From contig OX597820.1 in assembly GCA_951406725.2 (NCBI GenBank), positions 93,806,001 to 93,870,000 on the forward strand: DNA of 64,000 nucleotides, written 5' to 3'. Of this stretch, positions 13,469 through 26,499 are shown piece after piece. Each line of letters opens with the position of its first letter. The first letter of the stretch is position 1. The translations under genes and the position numbers were made by a program. The notes below the pieces were generated by a model. It was given only the letters and a program-made list of their open reading frames with translations, ran no database searches and was not told the origin of the DNA. The stretch comes from Octopus vulgaris. Lineage: Eukaryota.

Positions 13469-15263
13469 AAACGTTAGAAATGTTAACGTTCAACTACAAC
13501 ATGTAAAAGCTTTGATCATATGATGTAGTTTGTCACAAATGACAGACACTCAGCACAACTTAACAAAAGTGAGTCATGGCTTAAGATCCTTCGAAAGGAT
13601 TTACCTTCTTTCACATGATTTCCATCATCAATCATATTACTACCACCACCACTACTACTACTGCTACTTTTTAGGCACGGCGACTGCTGTTTCATAGAAG
13701 AGAGACTAGTTGATACCATTGACCCAAATACTTGACTGGTATTTCCTTTTATCGATTCCGAAAAGAAGAAAGTTAAAGCTAACGCCGTTGAGATTTGAAC
13801 CCAGTTCGTGAAGAGTCGCAAGGAAATATCGCAAGGCATTTTGTCTGGCGTTCTAACGATTCTGGCAATCCACCGCTTTTGATTGTTTCTAACATAGGTA
13901 CAGGACCTGAAATTTCTTTTGTGGGGTTGGGGTTAGCCGATAACATTGATGAACTCAGAACAAAACTAGCAAGTTCAATTATTGTAAAGAATTTTTCATG
14001 GTGCTTTAACAATTTGTCTGATGATCATCAAATTGTCTGAGTCGTTAGAGCTTCAGGCAGAACGCTTTGCAATGAAGGAATACAGTAAATAATAAAGTAA
14101 AAGCAATCACGATCATACGAATATGGTGATGAGGGTGGTGGTGGTCGACTACGTTAGCGAGAACCACTGGACACAATTTGAAAATTTGAAGGAAGCCGTA
14201 TGGCTGGGAGAAACAGGATATTTGACGCTTCAAGTACTGGCCTTCGTCTGATATACTGTTGTAAGACCAAACAAGTATAAGTGGATATGGTCGAGTGATT
14301 CTCATTCAGTATTTTATTGATTGCATTTAAGCTCGTACGAAGATAGTTATTAGTCCCAGGCCAAGTGCTCAAATGGGGCCCAGGTCCTATTTTAACTGGA
14401 TATAAAATATAGGTCATATGCCAAATATGAAATGTGGGTTTCATTTCAACAAGGTTGAATGTAATGTGAAATGTAAGCTTCGCTTCAACTGGTTTTAAGT
14501 CGTTGGCCAGAAGAGAAATATAGGCTTCGTTTCAACTAGTAATAGTCCCAAGCCAAATGTTACGTGATATGTTGGCCTCATTTCAATTGCTGTACCAGGA
14601 CAGGCGTGACGTAAAATCTAAGTCCCGTTTTTACCGGTAAATGGCTCAGGACGCATAAAATGCAGTACTTGTTTTAAACTTCTCATTAAGTATTTTACTA
14701 ACCAGTGCTAAATATATGTGATGCATGTATAACTTATAAATATATACATGTACATGTAGTTAGTGTACATAATGTACTTGCAAATTAAATGAAAAAATAA
14801 ACTAGAACGATTTATAAAAAAGGTAATATTTTAAGATAGAAGCTTTCATTTTGCCTTTAACAAGGAGAACAGACCTCCTGAAAATCACAGGCACATGTCA
14901 AGAGTTCCACTTGATGCCCTTCTTCTGTTTTGGTCAAGTAATAATTTTGAATCAACTAAGCGGGTTTCCTCGAAAACAGCAGTGTTTGTATCTCCATAAC
15001 GCATAGCTTATTAAAATTGACAAACTTTACGAAATAATGAACTGATTTGAATTGAAACTGAGTGCTGATAGTGGACTTAGAGACTGGTTACTTGGACATA
15101 TTCTTATCTAACTCATTATTTTCTCTTCCCGCCAATGTCCAACATCAACATTACATCATAGCTATTAAGCTCCATTACGATAAATTTCCCTTATTTCCTG
15201 GTGATATCTTACAACAATGTGTCTATGTTGGCGTATTATTGTTGAGTCGACCTTATATATATA

Positions 15264-15459
15264 CAGGCTGGCCCAAAAGTAGGTTTACAGTTATTCATAT
15301 ATTAACAGTTTAGATCTTAATTATATAAAAAAATATGAAACAATTATTCTATGCTAATTTAGTTAATCTATAAAATAGAAATTTAAATGTAATAAAATGT
15401 TTTAAAAGAAATTTGAAGTGCCTACGTGATAACTGCAAATCTACTTTTGGGTCACCCTG
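15264..15459. mobile_element. Tc1/mariner-like MITE
   Basis: TIRs caggctggcccaaaagtaggtttacagttat / ataactgcaaatctacttttgggtcaccctg; TA on both sides. Confidence 0.75.
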
Positions 15460-16146
15460 TATATATAAGGTATACGCTTTAAGGATGTCAAACCATTGGT
15501 CACACTATGACCGGACATGTACTTAACTGCTTATAAATACATTACTGTTTTAGCCAATTACATACTTATATCATTTAGCTTATCTTTTACTTGCTTCGGT
15601 CATTGGGCTGTGGCCATGTTGGGACACCGTCTTGAAGGGTTTTAGTCGAACAAATTGTCCCCGTGCACATATTCTTTAAAGTCTGGTGCTTATTGTATTG
15701 GTCACGTTTGTATTAAATTCCATACATTAAATAGGCACTTTTACAATGGATTGGAACATGTTAGTCGATATCTTTATAGTTTTAATCTGGATAAGCATTG
15801 CAAATCTTGACGGTCTGTCCCTAATAACCATCCATATGTATGTATGTTTGGGCTATGTTCATATTCATACATACATGCGTGTATGTGTGTGAATAAAAGG
15901 GATGGATTGATTGTCGTATTAGAAGCTATGTTTGTTGCTTTGTAAATGGAGTTGTGTAGCACCTGTTATCTTATCAGAATTTTCTGTCTAATCTGAAGAT
16001 GGAATGAACCGTATTTGTTGAATTGCACAGTAAATTTTCTTGAACAATTATCAAATCACTTGTATTTTCTATATGAATCGTGTTTATGCTAGAGACCAGC
16101 CAACAGCGTTTTACCACGATCACTCGACTGATCCTACATTATATAT

Positions 16147-16337
16147 ATAAGTGGGCCAAAAGTCACGCACCAAAACATTTAATATTTTATTTATATTAAT
16201 TGCATTATCATTGTTGGTGTTGTTCATTTTGTTCATTACGTACAAGTACGAGTGTCTTCATCATTATTTTATTTATCTTATTCAGTGCACCGGAGTATAT
16301 TGAATATTATTATGTGCGTGACTTTTGGCCCATTCTG
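16147..16337. mobile_element. Tc1/mariner-like MITE
   Basis: TIR core tgggccaaaagtcacgcac / gtgcgtgacttttggccca, TA-rich flanks. Confidence 0.7.
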
Positions 16338-17087
16338 TATATATATTTATCATATTCGTAGGCGTATGCATAAATATATATGTATGCATGTGCGGGTGGA
16401 TATATGCACGCATCTACAATGTGAGCAACAGAAAGAGAGAGAGAGAGAGGGTGAGGGGGGAGGGAACCGAAATGAGAAGCGGAGGGGTTTATGTCACCTT
16501 GATTTCTATAGTAACTTTGTAGACGTTATTATTTTTCCAGTTCTACAAAACATTGCCGAAAACCCACAAAACTAAATTTCCTCTTCTTTAGTTTTACTAC
16601 GAGTGTATATATATGTACATATGTATAATATGTGTATATATTATATGTATGTGTATATATGTGTATATATATATATGTATGTGTGTTTATGTGTGTGTGA
16701 GTTGATGTGTGCCTGGGTGTATTTAAGTGTGTCTATGTGTGTATATATTTATGTGCGAGAGTGCCTGTGTGTATGTTGTGAGCATCAGTGTGTGTGTGTG
16801 TGTGTGAATATATATTCGTGTCTGTGTGTATTTGTATGGGTGTACAGTGTGTATTAGTTGCCTTTGTGTGTGTATTTATACCTATATATGTGTCTGTATG
16901 TATTCATGTCTGTCTGTTTGTGTATTCTTGCGTAGGTGTGTGGGTATTTTCTTGTGTGTGTGTGTGTATGTGTGTGTGTATGTGTGTGTATGCGTGTGCT
17001 TGTGTTTTTATGTATGTGCCTTCATGTATTTATGCATGTATCTACTTATATATGTATGGGTATTTACATGTGCGTGTGTGTATGTAT

Positions 17088-17124
<37 letters not shown>

Positions 17125-17381
17125 TGTGTGTGTATGGTATTTGCAATTATGTGCATGCATATTTATATGAGTATGTTTATTAACGTCTTTGTATACGTAT
17201 TTAGGTATGTCTTTCTCTCTCTCTCTTTCTCCCTGTCTGTCTCTGTCTGTCTGTCTCTCACTCTTTCTCTCTCTCTTTCTCCCAGTCTGTCTCTGTCTGT
17301 CTGTCTCTCACTCTTTCTCTCTCTGTATCTCTGTCTGTCAGTCTGTCTGTCTGTCTGTCCCTCTGTCTCTTTCTCTCTCTT

Positions 17382-17460
<79 letters not shown>

Positions 17461-17759
17461 GCGTGCATTCCTTCCATTGTAAGTGATGTTGTCACTGCTG
17501 TTCTTGTTACAGTGCTTGGCTTTTGTTGGTTCTTTATGTTATTATTTCTAAGTTCTTGGGGGTAAATTTTGGTGATGCTGGTGACGATATGATGGAGCGA
17601 TGGAAGAAGAGTGGAAAGGTGGATGGCAGAGCCTATATATTTTACTTGAGTTTCTTTCTGTCATAGACGTCCTAAAAATAGATGGTAATTTGAGAACATA
17701 AAAGGAGCAAATGCGTCTCTCGGACATTTTTTTCCCTTTACCATATGTTCGACAGATCT

Positions 17760-17792
<33 letters not shown>

Positions 17793-18041
17793 GACAGAGA
17801 CAGACAGACAGAGGGAAAGAGAGAGGGTAAGTTAGTAGAAGGAAGGGTGAAAGAGGAACGAGAAGAAGGAAAGGGCGGGAAATGAAGGAGAAAGTTATCA
17901 CAACATGCTCTCCCACCCCTCGTGACATACATATGTACACACACACACACACAATCATCATCATTAACACTAGTATCACATCTCGAACTCTCAACCTTCC
18001 CATTACTGCCAGAGTCTATTGTAGAAGCATCTCTCTCTATC

Positions 18042-18078
<37 letters not shown>

Positions 18079-18113
18079 TTATGTATGTGTGTGTGTTGTT
18101 CGCGTTTTGCCTG

Positions 18114-18146
<33 letters not shown>

Positions 18147-18147
18147 G

Positions 18148-18193
<46 letters not shown>

Positions 18194-18877
18194 AACGCGC
18201 ACACACACATTCTCTTCACCGTGACCTCCCAGGGTAACTTCAAATCTACATCCTTTCATTTTTTTTCTCATGCTCAACGCCCCCAACCATTCTTGTGCCT
18301 CCACCCTATCACACAACGACATTATTAGTATCATCATCATCATCATCATCATCATCATTCACAGACACATACAAATTCTTGCAGAGACTTCCCAATTCCA
18401 TCCATCTTAACGGGGTTTTTCCGAACCACATTATAAATAACTTCAACCCTACCAACACTCAACCCAATTACAGCTTGTACATGTGTACATGTATGTCTGT
18501 CTGTGTATTTCCAGCTTTACACATTGTTGGACACCACATCATCTCCTAGAGTGTTAAACGGTAGCTAAAAATAATATATTTTTATACAGCCTCAAGTCAG
18601 AATAGCGAAATAGATATGATGTTGACTGAACAAAGACAATGAACAAGCTGGTTGGGTGGTTACATGACTGGTGCCGGAATCAAAAAAAGGAGTGACGGAA
18701 TAAATAACTTGTAGAATTTGGTCAACCTTAAGATTTTGAGTTCCGATAGAACTATGGAGAATTTTTTCCTGATATAAAGTATCAGTTAAATTGAAGGGGC
18801 TGGATATAGTCAACTATACTCTACCTCGAAATACGTGGTTCTGACATCTATTCTAAAATATAGAGATTTTATTGACT

Positions 18878-19096
18878 CTCTTACTCTTTTACTAGTTTCA
18901 GTCATTTGACTGCGGCCATGCTGGAGCACCGCTTTTAGTCGAGCAAATCGACCCCGGGACTTATTCTTTGTAAGCCCAGTGCTTATTCTATCGGTCTCTT
19001 TTGCCGAACCGCTAATTGACGGGGACCTAAACACACCAGCATCGGTTGTCAAGCAATGCTAGGGGGACAAACACAGACACACAAACATATACACAA

Positions 19097-19166
<70 letters not shown>

Positions 19167-19326
19167 GACAGGCTTCTTTCAGTTTCCATCTACCAAATCC
19201 ACTCACAAGGCATTGGTCGACCCGAGGCTATAGCAGAAGACACTTGCCCAAGATGCCACGCAGTGGGACTGAACCCGTAACCATGTGGTTGGTAAGCAAG
19301 CTACTTACCACACAGCCACTCCTGCG
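18878..19326 (-). mobile_element. SINE family A, full length
   Basis: Reverse complement of the 1475 and 63487 copies, with an expanded internal (TA)n(TG)n. Confidence 0.8.
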
Positions 19327-19639
19327 GTCGTAATAATTTTTAAAACTTTCGAGAGAATGTGAACTAATTTTTGAGGGGATATAAATATTGGGTTGAAAAA
19401 CTTTTGGGATTGAAAAAGTCGAAGGAAAACTCTGTTCCACGAGCAGCCCTCGACTTTATTTCGTTCAAAAAAGGCTTTTCAACACAATACTCACATGCTG
19501 TTATTTGTAGCTTTACGTGAGTGCATTTAGGTAGTCCAAAACAGAATTATCGTTATTACTGTTGTTCGATATGTGTCTCGGGTATGACTTTGTAGTGCGT
19601 CAAGTTGTGGCACTTGTTTAGGAGTTCTAGGGTTTTGAG

Positions 19640-20225
19640 TAATGTGGAACCCCATCTTAGCCGCTACTTTTCCCAGTTCTACTCTAATCCGGAGTAGTAA
19701 CACTGTCAGGGTCCAAGCTATGAGTTAATTAGCAAGTAAGTCGGATAGATGGATCTCGTTAGCATTAGTGGTGGTGGTGGTGGTGTTGGGGATAGGGGCA
19801 GCTCCTCTAGGAGAAGGAAAACCTCGAATCCAAACCAACGTTGCTTTGAGTCCATATCCAGCCATAGCGTAGGTTTTGGGAATAAACCTTGAGGTAAAAA
19901 TCGGGAGTTGGGGCCCCTGAAGCAGTTCGATTTTGTCTACAAACTCGTGCTTGCAACTCATGCGACGACACTGGTGTCAAACTATAACGGCTATGTTGTT
20001 CCTTTGAATCCATCTGTGTCCATGTAGAGCGGAGACAAGCAGCATGGGCAACAACTTGCTCTTCATACCATACTACCAAGGCTTGGATCCTATCGAACAC
20101 TACTAGAGGGATAGGACTGAATAACTCAAGCATTACCGGGAAACCCACAAGTGCGGCCTGTATGGCAGAGACTGCTATTTGCTCATCGGCCTATTCAGCC
20201 ACAGACAACACTGTTTCAGTGAGGC
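19640..20225 (+). mobile_element. RTE-clade LINE 5' UTR remnant
   Basis: Motif ggggcagctcctctaggagaaggaaaacctcgaatccaaacc, which I recognise as typical of RTE 5' UTRs. Confidence 0.5.
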
Positions 20226-20253
20226 GATCAACTACGACCTTTATCAACTACGA

Positions 20254-20478
20254 CCTTTTCGTTACTGTATTTATTTTGAAATGCTTTGTGTTTCTTTCAA
20301 TTATTTTAAATATAACAAAGAATTTAGTAAAATAACTTAGTTATCATTAAGCTAGTGTTAGGAACATAAATTGGGACTAAGGTTTGGTGGAAGATTTTAA
20401 TTCAGAACTTTTGAAAATGAGACATTTGTACTACAGGGCCAGAGCCGGTTTCAGCCGGGTTGGTAACAAAAGGGTTAA
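20254..20478. mobile_element. piggyBac-like MITE
   Basis: Right end gtaacaaaaggg-TTAA; left end ccttttcgttac with the TTAA lost next to a 16-bp duplication atcaactacgaccttt. Confidence 0.5.
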
Positions 20479-21065
20479 TGACAGACAGAGGCCTTAAAAG
20501 TTGTTCATACAGAGAAGTGGGTATCGTCGACTGTAAGATCAAGATCCAAACGATTTCTGAGTAAAAAATATTCCAGACCAGCCTTGGAAGAGAAACTACA
20601 CGCAGACATATATACAGAGTGAAAGTTCAAGAGCAGTAGATATGGGAATAAAGGTATAGTGCTGTGTACATGTACATGACCGAGTTTCCGGTCAGTACAG
20701 ATACAGCTAATCTATAAGTAGAGACATTCTAGTCGTGAACCTCTCGTCCTTCCCTTGGCAATCTTTATTATTGCTTTGATGCAGAGGGAGTGCTGCGTCC
20801 GTTGTTCAAACATCATCGAAACTAAATGAAACTGATGTGTTTCCTTTATTTCCGTTTCCATTCTTAAATTCTATCTTATTTTTTTTTCTTTCATTTCTCT
20901 CATTTTGTCTATAAAAGGCAGAATCAGTAACTGCGCCACAGAAAACGCCAAGTTCAAATCCTATCGGGGTCAACTTAGCTGTTCAGTCTACCGGAATCGA
21001 TAAAATAATAATTAAAAGAAAAGAAAAGAAAAATAGACCTTTCAAATATAGGTGTCAATATAATC

Positions 21066-21230
21066 TCTTTCTTTACTACCCACAAGGGGCTAAACACAGA
21101 GAGGACAAACAATGACAGACAAACAGATTAAGTCGATTATATCGACCCCAGTACATAACTGGTACTTATTTAATCGACCCCGAAAGGATGAAAGGCAAAG
21201 TCGACCTCGGCGGAATTTGAACTCAGAACG
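21066..21230 (-). mobile_element. SINE family B, 5'-truncated
   Basis: 19-bp TSD tataggtgtcaatataatc at 21047-21065 and 21231-21249; nested in an older degenerate copy. Confidence 0.85.
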
Positions 21231-21569
21231 TATAGGTGTCAATATAATCGACTGCTTCCCCACTCCGTCCCGATCATTTTCTTATTTTATGTTAGAAATT
21301 ATTGCAATCTATTATCTACATAAATATTTATTTTGCTGGTGACGACGACGTTCGTGCGTTCGAATGTTACGCATTCAACGAGCTTGACCATTATAAGATA
21401 TTATAGACTTAATCAACATAATGAAACAACTTCCAGAGTTGCGCTTTAAACAACCTTAATTCCGGAGCAATATCGAGAGCGCAATTAATCAACGTAGCGA
21501 AGATCTGTAAATTTATGAACCAAAATAAGAATATAAAACATTTATAAAACAATCATCGAACGTCTCATG

Positions 21570-21573
21570 ATGA

Positions 21574-21610
<37 letters not shown>

Positions 21611-21719
21611 GTTGTTGTTGTTGTTGTTGTTGTTATTGTTGTTGTTATTATTATTATTGTTATTATTATTGTTATTATCATTATTGTTATTATTATTATT
21701 GTTGTTGTTGTTATTATTA

Positions 21720-21757
<38 letters not shown>
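21570..21757. repeat. (TTA)n/(TTG)n compound microsatellite
   Basis: Read directly; source of the poly-N and poly-L ORFs. Confidence 0.95.
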
Positions 21758-21759
<2 letters not shown>

Positions 21760-21961
21760 GACGGTTAACTGACAGAATAGTTAGCACGCCGGAGGAGATG
21801 CTTAACGGAATTTCGTCTGTTTTTACGTTCAAATTCAGCTGAGTTTGCCTTTGCCTTTTATCCATGTGGGGTCGATAAACAAAGTACCAGTTGAACACTG
21901 GGGTCGATGTAATCTACTAGCCCCTTCCCTCACTCAAAATTTGCCATATTGTAGAAAGGAC

Positions 21962-21998
<37 letters not shown>

Positions 21999-22150
21999 GA
22001 CGTAGCAGTAGCGGTCGCAGCATCAGCAGCTACTTTTGTGTAAAAATCTAGAAAATCTGACGTAACAAGCGGCACACTGATCCTAATTCCATTCGAATTC
22101 TTCGGGTTTGTCATCTCGACATATCAAAAATATATCTCCCCTTCCCCCAG

Positions 22151-22203
22151 ACTTCGTTCCATTTTGGATCGATAGTGGGAAGTCGCCATGTTGGAAAGAC
22201 AGG
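22151..22203 (+). CDS. Candidate internal exon (53 nt), unknown gene
   Basis: Acceptor tctccccttcccccag and donor AGG|gtaagt; two frames are open. Also contains gccATG (22188) in the third frame. Confidence 0.4.
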
Positions 22204-23325
22204 GTAAGTCTTAGAAATGAAGCAGCATGGCAGAGGGGTGGGGAAAGGAGAAGAGTGGGGAGAGGAGAAGAGTGAGGAGAGGAGAAGAGTGAGGAGAGGA
22301 GTGGAGAGAGAAGAAGTGTGGGAAGAGGAGAAGAGTGAGGAGAGGAGGTGTGAGAGGGGAGAGTAGTGGGGAGAGGAGAGAGAAACAAAGGGAGAACATG
22401 AGTGAAACGGAACAGAGTAGCGGTGATCCTTATTTTTCCAATGGAATGGAATTTCAAAGGGTTCCGTGTGCAAACTCCAAGCTTACGAGTCGTCACACAA
22501 GAATGCGGAAATCGGTTAGGAGGAGGAGGAGGTTTGTGTTGTGAAAGAGTATGTATGTATGTGTGTGAGAAAGAGAGAGGGGAGAGAGAGTAATAGTGGG
22601 AGTGAGGGAGAGAAAGGCGGGGAGAGAAAGGATGGAGAGAAAGGCGGGGAGAGAAAGGAGGGAGAGAAAGAGGGAAGAAAAAGGGAGAGAGAGAGAGAGA
22701 GGGAGAGAGAAACGAGGTGGGGCAGCGTGTGGATTTCGGAGGATTTCTATGAATGGAAGATAGAAAATGGAAAAGAAATTTCAAGAATGAGAAAGGGAGA
22801 TAGAGATGGGGAAGAAGAGAAAAGGACAGATTCGAAGAGTGAACGTGTGTCTGAGTGAGTGAGTGAGTGAGTGAGAGAGAGAAAGAGAAAGACACAGAGA
22901 GAGAGACAGAGACAGAGAAAGAGAACAGAAAAGAGACGGAGAGATACTTGTTCCTTTTTTTTTATTTATAAAATTGTTTATCCTAGATTTTTTTTCATTT
23001 TTCTCTAATAGATTTCATTCTTTTTCCGTGACATCTGAATGAAATACTACGAAAATAATATAAATTTCAGAGAAAATTCAAATAGATAAACAATGAGACA
23101 CAGGAATATCATGGTGGGCTTTAGAGAAGACTGAGTGAAGAATCATAGTAGCAGAGTTTATGAATGCCTTTATATTCAACTAGATTACGCTATATTTTAT
23201 TGTATTGTATTGCATTGTAGATGTAGATGTGATGCAGTTTGATATATTTTCAAATCTATCGAGCATTTTCACATAATTTGTTCGAAATTTGTACGTTTTT
23301 GTTGAATATGTGAAATAGTGAACAC

Positions 23326-23417
<92 letters not shown>

Positions 23418-23418
23418 A

Positions 23419-23735
23419 GGCGGCGAGCTGGCAGAAACGTTAGCACGCCGGGCGAAATGCGTAGCCGTGTTTCGTCTGCCGCTACGTTCTGTGTTCAAAT
23501 TCTGCCGAGGTCGACTTTGCCTTTCATTCGTTCGGGGTCGATAAATTAAGTACCAGTTACGCACTGGGGTCGATATAATCGACTTAATCCGTTTGTCTGT
23601 ACTTGTTTGTCCTTTCTGTGTTTAGCCCCTTGTGGGTAGTAAAGAAATAGGTATTCCGTCTGTCTTTATTGCCTTTCATCCTTTCAGGGTCGATAAAACA
23701 GGTACCAGTTGAACACTCCCCCGAAATGACTGCCC
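23419..23735 (+). mobile_element. SINE family B, full tailed unit continuing into an older-type body
   Basis: Head ggcggcgagctggcagaaacgttagc, B-box-like gttcaaattc, tail ending aaagaaata at 23649 and joined to ggtattccgtctg. Confidence 0.8.
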
Positions 23736-24029
23736 TTGTCGAGGTCTGTTAACCTGAGAATTTTCAGTCGCCACGTCAAATTCGTCAGGCTGTATGATGC
23801 ACAGCCTTAGGGAACGAACGCAAATGACACGAAAAAGCTCCAAACAGGTGCCCCAGAAGCATCCTAAGCATCAAGTATACAAAAAATGTGAGTAACAAGA
23901 ATATTTGGGTCACAGGGAAGTAAGGACCCATCAGTCAACAAATAGCAAAGCATAACAGAGGTGAGTAGGCTGTTTGTCCCCTCTGTGTTTAGCCCCTTGT
24001 GGGTAGTAAAGAAATATATATATACATTT

Positions 24030-24222
24030 AGAAGAGAAGATTATTGGCGAGTCACATCTAAGAGTGGAACTTAATGGGGAAAAGAACGTCGGAACGCCCA
24101 AGTATCACTTGACAGGGATCAGCAGAGGAGGAATTATAGAGATAACACGGAATGTGGAAACGAAGTGAAAGGATAATCTCAGAACAGAATGTGCTGCAAA
24201 ACTGTTGTGGAGAACTTGAAAT
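24030..24222 (+). mobile_element. RTE-clade LINE ORF C-terminal remnant
   Basis: Disrupted translation GKRTSERPSIT*QGSAEEEL...NEVK...SQNRMCCKTVVENL resembles the RTE C-terminal GKRxxGRPxxTW...QDRxxW motif. Confidence 0.55.
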
Positions 24223-24596
24223 TATTTTCCACCTAACAGCGGAATCCTAACGGAATTCACTCGCAAACGAGTTGTGACGATTCTCACGATTATATATATG
24301 TTAGTGAGTGTGTTTACGTGTGGGAGGGGGAACGACATTTCTTTTAGACATGTTGCATTGAAGATACCACTGTGAACAGGTGTACAAGAAGCACTTAACG
24401 CGTCGTGTAACGCAGTGTTTCTCACAGGAGTGGAGTAGAAGGCCGCTTAAGTGAGGACTGAAGCTATTGAAAATGTCAGGCTTAATAAAATTAAGCTGTT
24501 TCTAAGCATTGACACTTGTCGAGTACCACGGTAAAGAAAAAAGGGTTATATAAATGAAAATTCTATTCTGTCTTATTGTTTATAAAAAATGGACGG

Positions 24597-24812
24597 GAAA
24601 GTGGCAAGCTGGTAGAATCGTTATCACGCCGGGCACAATGCTTACCGGCATTTCGCCAGTCTTTTCGTTCTGAGTTCAAAGGCTGCTGAGGTCGACTTAG
24701 CTTTTCATCCATTTCAGGATTGATAAAATAAGTATCAGTTGATCACTGGGGTCGATGTAATCGATTTACCCACTCCCCTGGAATTGCTGGCCTTGGTCCA
24801 AAATTCGAAAGC
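24597..24812 (+). mobile_element. SINE family B, older tail type
   Basis: Same head and body, ending ...gaattgctggccttggtccaaaattcgaaa. Similar copies at 1-95, 13690-13835, 21760-21960, 48955-49092, 51875-52070, 52197-52362, 52545-52746 and 60860-61065. Confidence 0.7.
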
Positions 24813-25601
24813 AATAAAAAGGGGCGGCAAACAAATTTTACTAATGTTTCGTAGGTTGATGTCTGGGGTATTTGTCTGTTTCAGAAACGCTTAGACAGTA
24901 TGTAACAACTGTTACTATCGTCACATATTTCACAATCAACAATCATCATTAAGTCAGCCATCATGATCATCGCAGACATCACCCTAAAAAACGGAGGTCT
25001 GTTAGCGCCACTCTCGCCGTTACCATTCTTACGACTACCACCAGCATGACATACATCGCACTCAAAGACGTCTACCAGCGTCACTCTCACTACCACCAGC
25101 ACCACCACCACTACTACCACCATCATCACTACAGCCACCACTACCACCTCAATAATCATCCCTACCACGCACGTCACCCTCACCCTCAACGATGTCTACC
25201 GGAGTCAATCTTACCACCGCCGCAACCACAACCTTCACCACCGCCACCACCAATACCACCACACATTCCAGTCGTTCCCTCCTCCTGTCATTCTGTGCTA
25301 TGTGAAAAATAATTCATAAGATATATTTTTCTTTTTCTTTTCTTTCTTTCCTTCTTTATTTATTTATTTATTGAAGCTGTAATGGCAAATGAAGAAATGA
25401 CAAAGAGAACTGGTTGGATGATTGGACGGTTGGCTGGAAGTGGATGGATGAATGCTTGTTTTGCTTGAAAGGCTGACAGACAAACAGATATGCTATATGT
25501 ATATATATATATATATGTATTCTAACTGTGTGTGTGTGTGTGTACATGTATGTGTGCGAGAGTATATATATATTTATATATATAGCATTCTCTATCTCAG
25601 C

Positions 25602-25710
<109 letters not shown>

Positions 25711-25730
25711 TATCGATCGATCGATCGATC

Positions 25731-25814
<84 letters not shown>

Positions 25815-25933
25815 TACAAGAAGGTAGAGAGAGAGAATGAGAGATATACCGACACAGAAAGACAAGGAGGACATATAAAGCGAGAAAGAAAGCAAATACG
25901 ATAGAAAAAATTCCGTTTTGTTAATCATTTCCC

Positions 25934-25965
<32 letters not shown>

Positions 25966-26499
25966 GCTACCATTCATATTTTCATCATTATTATGAGTTA
26001 TTTTGGTCACCTCTTTATCTTAATAATAATCACAACCCGCTGGTGTTGGTCACCTCACCCCTGTTTATTTTTCATAATCCTCGCAGTCGCCTGTTATTGA
26101 CATTGTTATGGCTGCTGTTGATTGCAAGTTGCAAGTGTCGTAGCGATCGCTATCGTCGTTGTCGTTGACGTCGTCGTGTGGTCTTGTGCCAATGGCGGAG
26201 CAAAATTATTATCTGCCATCCATATTAACTCTATCCACCCCGCCCCATCATGATTATCGTTATCATCATCACCATCATCGTCATTATTATTCCTATCATC
26301 CCTAGGAGACACAAGCACCACCACTACCTGTCACCCACATCATCATCATCATCATCATCATCATTTCCTGGCAACCTGCAAATATCATTATCAACAATAA
26401 CAACAGCAAACCCTTAGTATTCATTTGCTTCAACAGCCTGTGCATATTATAATACAGACATCATTCCATAACGCGAATGATAAAGTAATAATAATAATA

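Noticed and set aside
14350-14640. CRISPR-like appearance of the spaced tttcaac motifs
   Set aside because: Repeats are highly degenerate, the context is eukaryotic, and there are no cas genes.
15985-16060. Possible decayed hammerhead (ctgaaga...gaac-aatt-atc)
   Set aside because: The GAAA box, the cleavage triplet pairing and stem I are all defective.
22083-22895. Longest ORF (270 aa, minus)
   Set aside because: Derived from GA-rich low-complexity sequence; no recognisable protein.
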